Assembly (NCBI RefSeq): GCF_001194135.2
Contig: NC_068985.1
Coordinates: 30,728,209-30,792,208, forward strand
Direction of reading: 5' to 3'
Source: Octopus bimaculoides
Taxonomy: Eukaryota
Length of the DNA stretch: 64,000 nt
Shown: positions 12,420-25,300 of the stretch, piece by piece
Numbering within the stretch: position 1 is the stretch's first letter
Layout of the letters: each line of letters begins with the position of its first letter
Notes under the pieces: model-generated
Database searches by the model: none
Told to the model about the DNA's origin: nothing
The model's input: the letters and a program-made list of their open reading frames with translations, nothing else
Position numbers and translations under genes: made by a program

Positions 12420-12722
12420 GACACCTCGCAATCCTTGGGAGCAGTTAAGCTCAAGCTAAAATGTCAGTAATGGCCTCCGGCAGGGAGGAACGGCTATTGA
12501 TACAACAGCGATCTGGATTAATGCAACAGTAGCAGAGTAGAAAAAAATAAAGATAATAATCCAGGATTAGACTGAGAGCTGATGGGAAAATTTATAATGT
12601 TAATCTTTACCAGCATTAGTAACAGTTTGTAAAAGTCAAAGCTAATACCCAGCTACTTTGGGTCAAATTGGAGGATATTGGTGTGACTACATCGCGGAGG
12701 CTGCAAACAGCTCTTTTGAAAG
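12420..12722 (+). other. Candidate non-coding first exon (5' UTR) of the tetraspanin gene, with a 23-codon uORF at 12461-12532
   Basis: Unique, less AT-biased block ending in AAG|GTAAGA at 12722/12723. The ATG exon has its own acceptor at 28447, so an upstream exon is expected. Start coordinate is approximate. Confidence 0.4.
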
Positions 12723-13024
12723 GTAAGAAAACTTGAAATGACTTCACAAAATTGATGTTAGAAAACGTTTTGATTTCATGTAACTGTCCTTTACTGAAAA
12801 TGTTTCAATTTGAAGCAAAAATATTTTACCAACATCCTTGCGTTATATTTCTTTTGTTACTTATCTCTTCGATTCCTTTTTACCCCCTTTTTTTTGACAG
12901 TGAAAAAATGACAATTATCTTTCGTATGAGTTTCTTTCCCTTTACGAAAATTTTTGTAAATGCAAATTTCTACTGTATAACAGAGATATTTCTTGCCATT
13001 ATGTAATAAAAAATAAATAAATAA

Positions 13025-13027
13025 ATG

Positions 13028-13091
<64 letters not shown>

Positions 13092-13105
13092 TAATAATAA
13101 TAATA
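13025..13105. repeat. (TAA)n microsatellite
   Basis: Direct reading. Confidence 0.95.
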
Positions 13106-13172
13106 AAGATTCCAACTAAATAATTGTAATCTAGATTAGTTTTAAGTATAATAGACGAAAGTGGAAATATTA

Positions 13173-13207
<35 letters not shown>

Positions 13208-13535
13208 TGAAGTATATTCACCACCTAAATGTGGCTGACCCATATGGGACGATGGCTACTATAATTTATAGCCCCAGGAAGACATATGTATGTATGTATT
13301 ATAAATGTACGTACGTATATGTATTTAAATATATATGTGTGTATGTCTCTGTATGTATGAGTATGAATATATATATATATATTTATTTATATATACTTAT
13401 ATATANNNNNNNNNNNNNNNNNNNNNNNNNNNNNNNNNNNNNNNNNNNNNNNNNNNNNNNNNNNNNNNNNNNNNNNNNNNNNNNNNNNNNNNNATCCGTA
13501 TTTATTGATACATGTATGCTTATATGCTGATATGA

Positions 13536-13578
<43 letters not shown>

Positions 13579-14107
13579 TACTCATACACACATAGACACA
13601 CACACATATATATGTGACATATATATATATATATACTCATATGCTTATACGCTATGAGTCTATATATATACATATAAGTATATATAAATATATATATTCA
13701 TACTCATACAGAGACACACACACATATATATTTAAATATATATACATGCATGCATATATAATGCCCTAACAAGCGCGTGCACACACATGCACATACAATC
13801 ACACGCAAACACACTCACACACATTTATGCATCATACATAAATGTGTATAAACGTATATCTAACTTTATACATAGATACACGAAAATGCACACACATATA
13901 TATGTGTGTGTCTGTGTTTGTGTATGTGTGTGTATTTGTGCATATAAGTTTATATTTATGTGTATACTTGTATGTATGTATGTACATATGTATAGAGAGA
14001 GGGGGAGGGGGAGAAGTAGAGGGAGAGACACAGACAGACAGAAAGGGAGAGAGATATCTTGATACATGCCTCTGTAGATATATATAAACACATATAAATG
14101 CTCATGC

Positions 14108-14167
<60 letters not shown>
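14108..14167. repeat. (GATA)n microsatellite
   Basis: Direct reading; another at about 18030-18095. Confidence 0.95.
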
Positions 14168-14168
<1 letters not shown>

Positions 14169-15150
14169 CACATACTTGTATGTGCATGTATATGTGCGCA
14201 TAATTTAGGTATATATATGTTTGGGGATTGAGTAGTTTTATCATGCTTAACATTCACTAACATGCATCTTTTTCAGTGGACAAACATATACGCACACGCA
14301 CACGCACACACACATGCATGTAATTATGCCTGTATACACACACATATATTTACATATATTCATGCACAAACACACCATATGTATATGTATATATATTCAA
14401 GGTATAAAAAAAATGCATGGACACATCGAATGATTATATAGCCAGTTTTTGTTAAAAGGCATTTCGTGTTCGAAAAGTGATCAGAATTTCTAGACAGAAT
14501 TTGATTAATTTTTTTCTCTTCATGAACGTCTGCTTACAAGCTGATAGCCATTCTGATCTGGACACTGCTGATAATGCGAAAAGATGAAATCACGAGCACC
14601 AAGAAACTCTTTCGCTCTGTACTTGTAGGCATTCTCGAGCATTATAGTATTATTTGAAATCAAATGATACTATGATATTATTTAATTTCTCTCTCTGAAA
14701 AATTTCTAATAGGAAATTCCTTGCATGTTTACCTAACATGTGAAACTCTGTAATTCCTATTAGCCAATGAAATGTGTGTAATGGTGAAATAATAATACCA
14801 ATAAATCTACCAACTTCCTGTTTTCTTCTACAATAACATTGCAAATAGTATTTCCAGAATATTCATCTCTAATATGTACACTGCATCTATACAACAACGA
14901 CAGCAACTACATACTAAATTGTAATAAAGAAGTAAGCAAATATGCTTCAAGGGGAAGCAGTTGGGATTTACCTTATGTACCTACACCCAGACAAACTCAC
15001 ACACAAGCATACACACACAGGCACATATACATATGCAGGGGTAGTTGAAGCTATTCTGCGTTAATCTTATGAAGTTACAATCTGGACAACAAAAGAGTAT
15101 AATTTAAAGTAACTAACGAGAAATAACAGACTGATTTTATTATACATACA

Positions 15151-15180
<30 letters not shown>

Positions 15181-15181
<1 letters not shown>

Positions 15182-16060
15182 GACGGTCGGTTGAAAAGTT
15201 CATAGGCTAACCAACATACTCTCATAGAATGTGACTAAATGAGTTTTATGTTTCAACATAGGTTCCCTTGTGGTCCATACACATCTTCCATATATGTTGC
15301 AGTACTTGGATCCCATCGTTGAAGAAACTTTCATCCTGTTGGTAAAAAAAGTCATCAACAGCAGATACGTAGTCATTATCACTGCGATACTGCTTCCCAG
15401 AAAAAGTGTTTTTCCATGTTGGGAAAGAGATAACAGTCAAATGGGGTCAGGAAGGGTGATCAACCACACAGTCACGCACAGCAGCCATTGAAACCAATAG
15501 CTTGTGTGCTGAAACATTGTTCTGATGAAACAAGGCCCCTTTCGTCAGTTTTCATGAGCGTTCGGTCTTGATAGCCTTTTGTAACTGCCTCAGGAAGTTG
15601 GTATAGTACTCTTCATTGATGGCGTGGCCCTTTTGAAGATAGTCAATAAACAAAATACCTTTTACAGCCCAAAAAATCTGAGGCCATCAATTTTCCTGCA
15701 GATGAAACGACATTGGCTCTCTTTGGAGTAGGTGAGGAGGGGATTGTTTTCTGTTTTGTTTTTGTTTTTGTCTCTGGCTCAAAGTGTTGAACCCAACACA
15801 CACCCTAGTTTAGATGACGTTCAAGGAAACTAGCTTGATCTGCTTGAAACAATATCAGATTTTTCCATGGTGTGATCAGTTTGGTGCGTTTTTGATCAGG
15901 TTTCAGACGTCACATCCATCGGGCTGAAACCTTCGACATGCCAAGTTCATTGTGCAGAATTTTCTCAACTCTCTCACGGGAGATGCTAAGGCCTCTTCCA
16001 TTGTCACGACTGCTGCTTTGTCTCAGGGTCGTACCCATTGACTCAACCCTTGTCACCGGA
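15181..16060 (-). mobile_element. Degenerate mariner transposase (3' two-thirds) with one TIR
   Basis: FSGKQYRSDNDYVSAVDDFF...GIQVLQHIWKMCMDHKGTYVE, the mariner C-terminus; frameshifted. Confidence 0.8.
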
Positions 16061-16688
16061 GATGATCCTCAATATTAGGAATGGGTCACCAGCGGCAGAA
16101 GGAGATCTTGACAGACTTCGACGTAATAGTCTTTCTGCTCAGTAGTCAGCAGGCGGCGGACAAACTTGGCAGAGAGACGCTGCATGTTCACTTCAAACGT
16201 TAGGATTGCCTGCATGGACCCGTACGACAGACCAACATCAGCAATGTCATTGATTGCCCTCCGATGATCCTCATGCAAAATTCATGAATTTTCTCCACAT
16301 TTCCGGGAGTGATGCTTGTGTCAGATCTTCCAGATCGTAAGTCGTCTTCCAGAGACGTTCAGCTTGAGCTTTTGGAGTGCCCGTGCCACTCGAAACATTG
16401 CGTACGACCCATTGCCTCGTCACCGTAAGCATGCTCAATGTCTCTGTAACAGACTTCCAAAGTTCAACGTAAAATTTCACGCTAGTTCTTTGACAAAAAT
16501 CACAGATTACACTATACACGTGATCACAAAAACACTAATTTCACAACTTGCGGAGTAAACACAACGATGTCACTCAGCACACTGCCTCATGAAGATTACT
16601 ACTAGCTTTTACTGCGCACGCAACCATGTGCTGCCATCTGTTAGTGCGCTACAGAAATAGTCCAAGAACTTTTTGATACCACTTCATA
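16060..16688 (-). mobile_element. Mariner 5' fragment (HTH region and TIR)
   Basis: QRTSVKFYVELWKSVTETLSML...; LSAKFVRRLLTTEQK (WVPREL-equivalent); TIR-like GAACTTTTTGATACCAC at about 16667. Confidence 0.8.
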
Positions 16689-16698
16689 CATATATATA

Positions 16699-17554
16699 TA
16701 TTCGATCTAATATCAAAAAGTTCCCGGACTAGTTATGTTTAATAAAAAAAAATAACTTGTTTACCTAAGTTTTAACATCTCTTTCGAAATAGTCACCTTG
16801 AACTGCAATACGCCGGTTCCAGCGTTCCTGCCACTCTTGGAATCCGGCCTGGAAATCGTTTTCCGTAAGCGAGTCGAGGACCTGCATTTTCATCTTGAGG
16901 AAGAGATGGAAGTCCGTAGGTGATAAATCTGGTGAATAGTGAGGGTGCGGAAGCGATACCATGTTGTTTTTGGCGAGAGACACACGAGTGAGGAGAGGTC
17001 GAAGACAGGGTGCATTGTCATCGTGAAGAATCCAGTTCTTTGCGCACCACAGATCCGGTCGCTTTCGCCGAATGTCCTCTCTCAAACGCTTCATAACGTC
17101 GCAGCAGAACTCTTGAGTAACAGTCTGGCCGTGGGGGACGAATTCTCAGAGAACAATACCGCAGATGTCGAAAAACCAATAAGCATGCTCTTGTTTGAAT
17201 TGTAGTTGTTTAAATGCCCGTGCCACCTGAAACATTGCACACAATCCATTGCCCCATTGCTGTAAGCTTGCTGAAGCATGCTCAATGTCTCTGTAGCAGA
17301 CTTCCAAAGTTCAACGTAAAATTTCATGTTGGTTCATTGTTCCAACTTCCTGCCAATAACAAAAATCACAGACTACAGTATAAACGTGATCACAAAAACA
17401 CAAATTTCACAACTTACGAAGTAAACACAGTGATGTCACTCAGCACAATGCCTCATGAAGGTCACTGCTAGCTCTCACTGCGCACACAACCGTGTGTTCC
17501 CATATGTTAGTATGCTACAGAACTAGTCCAGAAACTTTTTGATACCACCTTGTA
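16699..17554 (-). mobile_element. Internally deleted mariner with both TIRs
   Basis: TIRs ...TATCAAAAAGTTCCCGGACTAGTT (16710-34) and AACTAGTCCAGAAACTTTTTGATACCACC (17521-49); WILHDDNAP...LPHPHYSPDLSPTDF motifs. Confidence 0.9.
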
Positions 17555-17859
17555 TACATACATGTATATGTATGTCTATGTATGCATGTGTGAGTATGTA
17601 TATAGGGAACTCTTGGGAAATCGAGGATGATTATTTTCCAGATCAGAGACAATTGGTAGGAAAAGTATTCTGTCAGAGGGAGTAAATCGGTCTGGAATGG
17701 AGAATGTCTGTATTTATAATGTTGGCTTCGTAGTTGCCTTCTTGGCTTCACTGTTCATTCTTTCATAGAAAAAGATGTTCATATGTATATGTATGTGTAT
17801 GTGTGCTTAACACTTATGTATGTATATATATGTGTGTGAACGTCTGCACACACACACAG

Positions 17860-17900
<41 letters not shown>

Positions 17901-18028
17901 NNNNNNNNNNNNNNNNNNNNNNNNNNNNNNNNNNNNNNNNNNNNNNNNNNNNNNNNNNNTATATATATATATATACCATCATCATCGTTTAACGTCCGCC
18001 TTCCATGCTGGCATGGGTGGGACGATAT

Positions 18029-18094
<66 letters not shown>

Positions 18095-18095
<1 letters not shown>

Positions 18096-18408
18096 TTCCA
18101 ATGGTCCCCTAATAATTATTTGACAAGAAATCCTTTTACTTTGCCGTTCATTTTTACAAAGATGTATTAAATGATAGTGGCTTCAAAGATAAAATATAAT
18201 ATATACCTAACAAAACAAATTCATAAACTTAAAAAGTGAAGGTAAAATATTACATGGTATAATCCACCTTATAATTTAAGGGGTTGTTTCAATTTCATCA
18301 GGATTTCTTTGAATAAATATTTTCCTTCGGAGTATATGTATCAAGAGAGCTTTAATTAAAATAGTGTTATGGGGAAATGCAGATGTAACAAAAACTTGTT
18401 TAAAGAAG
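18095..18408 (+). mobile_element. Penelope-like fragment (linker after RT)
   Basis: Frameshifted KNITWYNPPYN motif; runs into a gap. Confidence 0.65.
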
Positions 18409-19415
18409 NNNNNNNNNNNNNNNNNNNNNNNNNNNNNNNNNNNNNNNNNNNNNNNNNNNNNNNNNNNNNNNNNNNNNNNNNNNNNNNNNNNNNNNNNNNN
18501 NNNNNNNNNNNNNNNNNNNNNNNNNNNNNNNNNNNNNNNNNNNNNNNNNNNNNNNNNNNNNNNNNNNNNNNNNNNNNNNNNNNNNNNNNNNNNNNNNNNN
18601 NNNNNNNNNNNNNNNNNNNNNNNNNNNNNNNNNNNNNNNNNNNNNNNNNNNNNNNNNNNNNNNNNNNNNNNNNNNNNNNNNNNNNNNNNNNNNNNNNNNN
18701 NNNNNNNNNNNNNNNNNNNNNNNNNNNNNNNNNNNNNNNNNNNNNNNNNNNNNNNNNNNNNNNNNNNNNNNNNNNNNNNNNNNNNNNNNNNNNNNNNNNN
18801 NNNNNNNNNNNNNNNNNNNNNNNNNNNNNNNNNNNNNNNNNNNNNNNNNNNNNNNNNNNNNNNNNNNNNNNNNNNNNNNNNNNNNNNNNNNNNNNNNNNN
18901 NNNNNNNNNNNNNNNNNNNNNNNNNNNNNNNNNNNNNNNNNNNNNNNNNNNNNNNNNNNNNNNNNNNNNNNNNNNNNNNNNNNNNNNNNNNNNNNNNNNN
19001 NNNNNNNNNNNNNNNNNNNNNNNNNNNNNNNNNNNNNNNNNNNNNNNNNNNNNNNNNNNNNNNNNNNNNNNNNNNNNNNNNNNNNNNNNNNNNNNNNNNN
19101 NNNNNNNNNNNNNNNNNNNNNNNNNNNNNNNNNNNNNNNNNNNNNNNNNNNNNNNNNNNNNNNNNNNNNNNNNNNNNNNNNNNNNNNNNNNNATATATAT
19201 ATACATATATATATACAATATGTATGCAAAGAGGTTGACTCCATTTAATGAAATTTAGTGTTAATGATCAAATGCATGATATTTTGAATTTATAATAACT
19301 TTCAAGGTATAGCATAGTCATTATAGATGAAATAACTTTCTTCAGCCCGTTGATTTTTGGATATTCCTTAATAAATAGTGAAGGAATTTTTATTTTTTAG
19401 AATATATATGTGCGT

Positions 19416-19631
19416 AGGGTGGCTAATTGGCAGAGCAGATAGCACGCCGGGAAAATGCTTAGCGGCCTTTTGTCTGTCTTTATGTTCTGGGTTCAAATTC
19501 TGCCCAGTTTGACTTGCCTTTCATCCTTTTGGGTCGATGAAATAAGTACCAGTTGAGCACTGAGGTCAATGTAATTGATTTAGCACCTCCCCTAAAATAT
19601 ATCAGGTCTTGTGCCTATCGTAGAAAGGATT
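19416..19631 (+). mobile_element. tRNA-derived SINE (second family)
   Basis: TGGC..AG box A and GGGTTCAAATTC box B; relatives at 34431-34644 (+) and about 28870-29020 (-). Confidence 0.75.
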
Positions 19632-19972
19632 GTGCGTGTGTGCGTGTGTATTTGATACTACAGGGTTGAAAATATCATTTGGCGGCCTATAAACAAACAG
19701 ACATATGACAAGTAGACTTATAATCAAAGCGTTGCAATTGTGACCGTACCATTTTCGTTGACAGTGTATCTATGTTTACATTTTCTCTTTTTTTTTTTCA
19801 TGATAGATTATAAATTTATGAGAATGCTCATAAGTAATTATTACCCAGTGTGCATGTTTGTGTGTGTTATTCATAAATATGAGAAAATTGTACTGAAGAC
19901 ATATTTGTACATTTTACGGATCCACTAATACATTTAATTTGGAATGCTCCAAAACTACTCATATCGGGAATA

Positions 19973-19973
<1 letters not shown>

Positions 19974-20055
<82 letters not shown>

Positions 20056-20077
20056 TAATAATAATAATAATAATAAT
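19974..20077. repeat. (TAA)n microsatellite
   Basis: Direct reading; precedes an R4-like RT fragment. Confidence 0.95.
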
Positions 20078-20329
20078 CGTCTACAGAGTTGCTCAGGTAG
20101 TAACACGCCATGACCACAGCATTGACTTGTTTGTTCCATCTACGCTGTGTGTGCTGGTCCATTGGTGGATAACAAGAGGCTGGAGCCTGCCGAGTGCAAC
20201 ACTATCACTATCAAGGGCTTCAGTTCATTACCACCATTATTCACAATATTTTGTTTTTTCATTGTCACTTATGTGGTAGCGATTATCAGGTTGCGCAATT
20301 ACTAGTGTTTTTTATTGTAACAACACCAC

Positions 20330-20965
20330 AGGAAAACTAACTTAGCCATGTCATGGATCGATTGACGTAAGACATACGATATGATCCCACATTCTTGGAT
20401 TATGGAATGTATGAATCTATTTGGTATTGCATTGAATGCTGAGCGATTGCTTGGAAAAAGTACGGCGAATTGGAGGACAGAACTGACAGTATATGGAACA
20501 AGTTTAGGGACAATAGAATTCAGTAGAGGCATCTTTCAAGGGGACAGCCTGTCCCCACTGATCTTTGTACTGTGCATGATACCACTAACTCTGATTTTGA
20601 GGAAAGCAAAGGCTGGGTATGTATTCAAATGCCGCCAACAAACAGTCTGCCACTTGTTATTCATGGATGACCTCAAACTTTAGTGTAAAGATGAATCCCA
20701 AGTCAGTTCCCTCGTTGATACGGTATATACTTTCAGTACTGATATCAGAATTTAGTTCGGACTGAAAAAGTGTGGTGTGTTAGTCTTGAAGAGAGGCAAA
20801 ATTAAATGTATGGACGTACTAGCAATACAGTCGGGGGAGGTTATGAAGCGAATAGAAGAGACGGGTTATAAGTACTTGGGGATATTGGAAATGGATAAAT
20901 TGATGGAGAAAGAAATGACAGAAAACTTTAAGGTGCAGTACTTGTGAAGACTAAGACTGATCCTT
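20330..20965 (+). mobile_element. R4/Dong-like reverse transcriptase core fragment
   Basis: YDMIPHSWI...RGIFQGDSLSPLIF...HLLFMDDLKL, then FGLKKC and YKYLGI. Confidence 0.92.
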
Positions 20966-21052
20966 AAAACACATACATATATATGTTGAGGTATGAACTT
21001 TTTAGTTTTGTTGAGGAATGAACTCTTTAGTTTTGTTCTGTGCATGTTTCCT

Positions 21053-21141
21053 GTTCATCCTGATGAGGGGATCGTTGTCGTGATGCACTTTAAATGTAAT
21101 CGAACCATGGTAATGAGCTCCCGAAATGGCCATAGGTGAGT
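21053..21141 (+). ncRNA. Candidate type I hammerhead ribozyme (Penelope/retrozyme-like, palindromic stem III)
   Basis: Stem I 5' GTTCATC, CTGATGA (21060-66), stem II GGGG/TCCC, GAAA (21123-26), ATGGCCAT palindrome, AUA cleavage triplet, stem I 3' GGTGAGT (7 bp including G-U pairs). Confidence 0.6.
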
Positions 21142-21551
21142 TTGAATTGATTTTGTGGAACTCTTTTTGTTCATGGATTCTAACCTACCATGGTTTTAAG
21201 AATTGAAATTTTTGGACGTACTCTTGTATGAGGGGAGTATTAAAAAAAAAAAACTTTTTAAAAATATTTTTAGTCGATTGATATTTTATTTTATCTTAGT
21301 TTATTTAGTTTCTTAGTAGCATGACACGCTTTAGAATTTTTATGAATTTTTAGTCGTTTATATTTACCTTTTCGATAGGCTGTTCTATATATTTGTATTT
21401 TATTCACATATATATTTTCACCTTCTGTGTTTTTATGTATATGTATATTTTTATATGCTTAAGAACCATGGTAATATTCATATAAGATCAAATGTTTGAG
21501 GTATGGTGACTCGAATTTGATGTTTGTTCTATGATCGATGTTTCTTCATAT

Positions 21552-21593
<42 letters not shown>

Positions 21594-21787
21594 GTTTAAC
21601 GTCCGCTTTCTATGCTAGCATGGGTTGGACGATTTGACTGAGGACTGGTGAAACCAGATGGCTACACCAGGCTCCAATCTGTTTTGGCAGAGTTTCTACA
21701 GCTGGATGCCCTTCCTAACGCCAACCACTCAGAGAGTGTAGTGGGTGCTTTTACGTGTCACACGCACGAAGGTCAGTCAGGCGGTAC
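21552..21787 (-). mobile_element. RTE-type 3' tail fragment ending in (GAT)n
   Basis: Same 3' end as the RTE LINE at 28080-28172; other copies at about 17977, 23425, 35425, 57545 and 62745. Confidence 0.75.
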
Positions 21788-21997
21788 NNNNNNNNNNNNN
21801 NNNNNNNNNNNNNNNNNNNNNNNNNNNNNNNNNNNNNNNNNNNNNNNNNNNNNNNNNNNNNNNNNNNNNNNNNNNNNNNNNNNNNNNNNNNNNNNNNNNN
21901 NNNNNNNNNNNNNNNNNNNNNNNNNNNNNNNNNNNNNNNNNNNNNNNNNNNNNNNNNNNNNNNNNNNNNNNNNNNNNNNNNNNNGTATGTATGTATG

Positions 21998-22030
<33 letters not shown>

Positions 22031-22194
22031 CTCTTCTATTTTTTAATTATTATAAATCTTCCTCTGAGGAGGGAGCTGGTTTCCAACAAAGATATAAGGC
22101 TCCATCTTTGGGATGTAGTTAGCACAAATTCACATTTGGAACTTGAGAAAAGTCATGCATGTTTTTACTGTTCCACTCACAGATAATGTGTGCA

Positions 22195-22310
22195 TAGTGG
22201 TGGACTAGGTCTAAAAATATTCGCTGCCAGGAGACTAAGGGGACCAACCCACAACTACCAGGGGGCCCACTTGCCATCGGACAACTAGCAACTTGCCCAG
22301 TCCACTACTG
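22195..22310. mobile_element. Short hAT-type MITE
   Basis: Termini TAGTGGTGGACT / AGTCCACTACTG; flanking 8-mers TGTGTGCA and TGTATGTA (6/8 identical) fit an 8-bp TSD. Confidence 0.55.
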
Positions 22311-22336
22311 TGTATGTATATATATGTGCATCCGCA

Positions 22337-22383
22337 TAGCTAGCTAGCTAGCCAGATAGCTAGACAGACAGACGGACGGACAG

Positions 22384-22479
<96 letters not shown>

Positions 22480-22542
22480 GTAGGTAGGTAGGTAGGTAGG
22501 TAGGTAGATAGGTAGGTAGGTAGGTTGGTAGGTAGGTAGGTA
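22337..22542. repeat. Compound tetranucleotide microsatellite (GCTA)-(GACA/GACG)-(GATA)-(GGTA)
   Basis: Direct reading. Confidence 0.9.
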
Positions 22543-22552
22543 NNNNNNNNNN

Positions 22553-22608
<56 letters not shown>

Positions 22609-23422
22609 TATTTATAGATAGATAGATATATAGATATATGCTTGCCAGTTGTCTGGTACTTATGAAATCAACTGAGATAAAGCTTTTGCCATAAAGGGGT
22701 ATAACTCATCGCTTCAGGCCACAAACGTGGAGACAGACACACACACACACACACACGCACACACAACAATTCATTCTTTTACACATAGATATTATTACTG
22801 TAAAGTTTTTTTCTTATTATATTTACTAAATGCCATTTACAAGCTGAATATTTTACATTTACTAATTTCACCAGGTGAATAAAATGATAATATCCGAAAA
22901 TATCATGCCTCCAAAGGATCATTCAGGCAAATGCCATTGTCTCAGTTCTATAAACAGGCAAATTTGGAGTGTATATATGAAATTGAAATGATGGTATTTG
23001 CCTGATCAATTGGTGAGTTCTGAAGCAGCAAAATATTCCATTCTCAACACGATTTGATTTTAATAGCCATCTATGTAACATACTCAATGTAAATACACCA
23101 TTGAAAGTGAAATTTACTGTGGAAATAACACCTCTTATGGTTGTGCTCTGTTTAAAAGCACAATATTTATCAGAGGTAGACTAAAATCATACCAGTAGCA
23201 GCTACTGAGAATACTAGAAGCATTTCTGCCTTATTGGGTGTTACCAGTAGCAAGTACTAGAAGCCAACCGCATACCTATACAAAATTTGTTGTATATATC
23301 AGTAAACCCGTGAATAAAAAATCACTGGTGCTACAAATAGCTGCCCAACTGAATAAGAATCTGTTATATGCAACATTAATAATATTAGATTAAATTAGAT
23401 GTCTATGTGTCATATTTAATGT

Positions 23423-23454
<32 letters not shown>

Positions 23455-23777
23455 GTTTAACGTCTGCTTTCCATGCTAGCATGGGTTGGACGATTTGAGT
23501 AAGGACTGGTGAACCAGATGGCTACAGCAGGCTCCAATCTGATTTAGCAGAGTTTCTACAGCTGGATGCCCTTCCTAATGCCAATATATCATGAAAAGCA
23601 AATTTACTATGGTATTGGTTCAGAGATAATATTTCTTATGGATGAGTAGTGTTTAAAAACTATTAGTATGATACATAGATATTTTTTTAAATCTAATACT
23701 GCTTCTGTTGCTTATGATAGATTTTTATTTAGCTGGGCAGCTAATTGCACCATCAGTAAATTAACATCGTGATTAAA

Positions 23778-23856
23778 TGACCAGATGAAACTAAGGATTG
23801 TTCGTCAGTTTATTCATCAGTTAAACTGACAAACAACTCCTAATTTAATCTGGTCA
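23778..23856. other. 79-nt hairpin: 35-bp ungapped stem, 9-nt loop (pre-miRNA-like)
   Basis: 29 Watson-Crick pairs. + strand: 1 G-U and 5 mismatches; - strand: 4 G-U and 2 mismatches. Confidence 0.5.
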
Positions 23857-24180
23857 CATCTGACTCATCAGAAGAACTGTTGTTCAATTCATTCTGTAGC
23901 TTAAACAGAGTCAATTTCCTCTTTGTTGCAAGCATTAGAACCAGTTCTCCAATCTGGAGAAAACTTGTCAAAACCTTGAAGCATTGCACTCCACGGCATT
24001 AATTTCATGAGTTGTAGTTTATTGACTTTTTTTTCTCTTATTAGTCTCAGTTGGGGCTGCAGGAAAGATATGAGTACTGCCATTTCTTTTCTGACAAAGC
24101 TACAGAAATATATACTTCTTTATATACATTCATGTAAGTATGTATGTGTGTGTGTGTGTGTGTGTGCGCGTGTGCGTGTA

Positions 24181-24224
<44 letters not shown>

Positions 24225-24939
24225 CAAATGAAAGAAAGAAGCGCTCAATGCATTTGGTTGGAGCTACATGTATTTAATAATAGTTTGACTCAGCTCTACA
24301 TGACTTAAAGTTTCATGGATGTATAAGATAAATCTATCTCATCAGATGTTCAGTGGCAACACACCTGTTATGTGTGTGTGTGTGTGTGTGTGGGTGTGTG
24401 TGTGTGTGTGTGTAGTGCATATGTATGCATTTGTGAAAGAAGATTCCACCTTATATGTTATGAATACATAAATAGAATACATAACTCCTAATAGAACATT
24501 ATTCTGCTTGTCACGCCACTCATGTTTTGATTTAAGTAATCTTAATGAAATTAAATTTAAGACATAATCGAAACTTCTAACATAATAAAACTTATAAAAT
24601 TAAATAAAAAGGCAAATTAGAAAATGAATAAAACAAGAAATTTCCATGTGTGCTGCCGGTGTACATTATTTAGCTTTACTCAAAAATAATTTTTAGCTAT
24701 GGATCTTTGCAAGGCAAAACATATATACATTATGTGTGTGCAAATGAGTGTAGGAGAGGAGTAACAGGGGGGGGGGACATATATGTGTGTGCACTTTTGT
24801 ATTTTGCAATTGCTTACCTATGTGTATTGATTTTACAATTCGGTTTCTGTGCCTACTCTCACCAATGATCATAAGTTGTGGGTAATTATCAAAAGAGTAT
24901 AATCACAAATACAAGTGGCCGAAATGGGATTCCTCTGAA

Positions 24940-25300
24940 AAATCTATGGAACCACATTATTTGACAGGTGCATAGCTCAGAGATCAGGGGTCTCTCCAGT
25001 TTGAGCCACTACTTCACATTGAGAGCTCACAACTCCAGTGCTATGGACATGTGGTTAGAAGGTCATAGGAAAGGTTCATAAGATGGGTTGGTTCTTCAAG
25101 CTGAACCGACTGGCATGAGACCTAGGGATAAACCAAGAACAAAATTGTTGGATAATATGCATAGTCTCAGTTGGTCATGCTTAGAAATTCAGCAGGAAAG
25201 TGTATTGACAGTAGCTTTTGATAGGACCCAATATAGGAAGTGCCCAAGAACTCTATCCTCACAAACCTCTCAGGGACAGTGTGTAATGAAAACAGATTGA
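24940..25300 (+). mobile_element. Old RTE-like LINE C-terminal fragment
   Basis: QLQCYGHVVR...AEPTGMRPRDKPRTKLLD, resembling the RTE LRWFGHV...GRPR motif. Confidence 0.65.
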
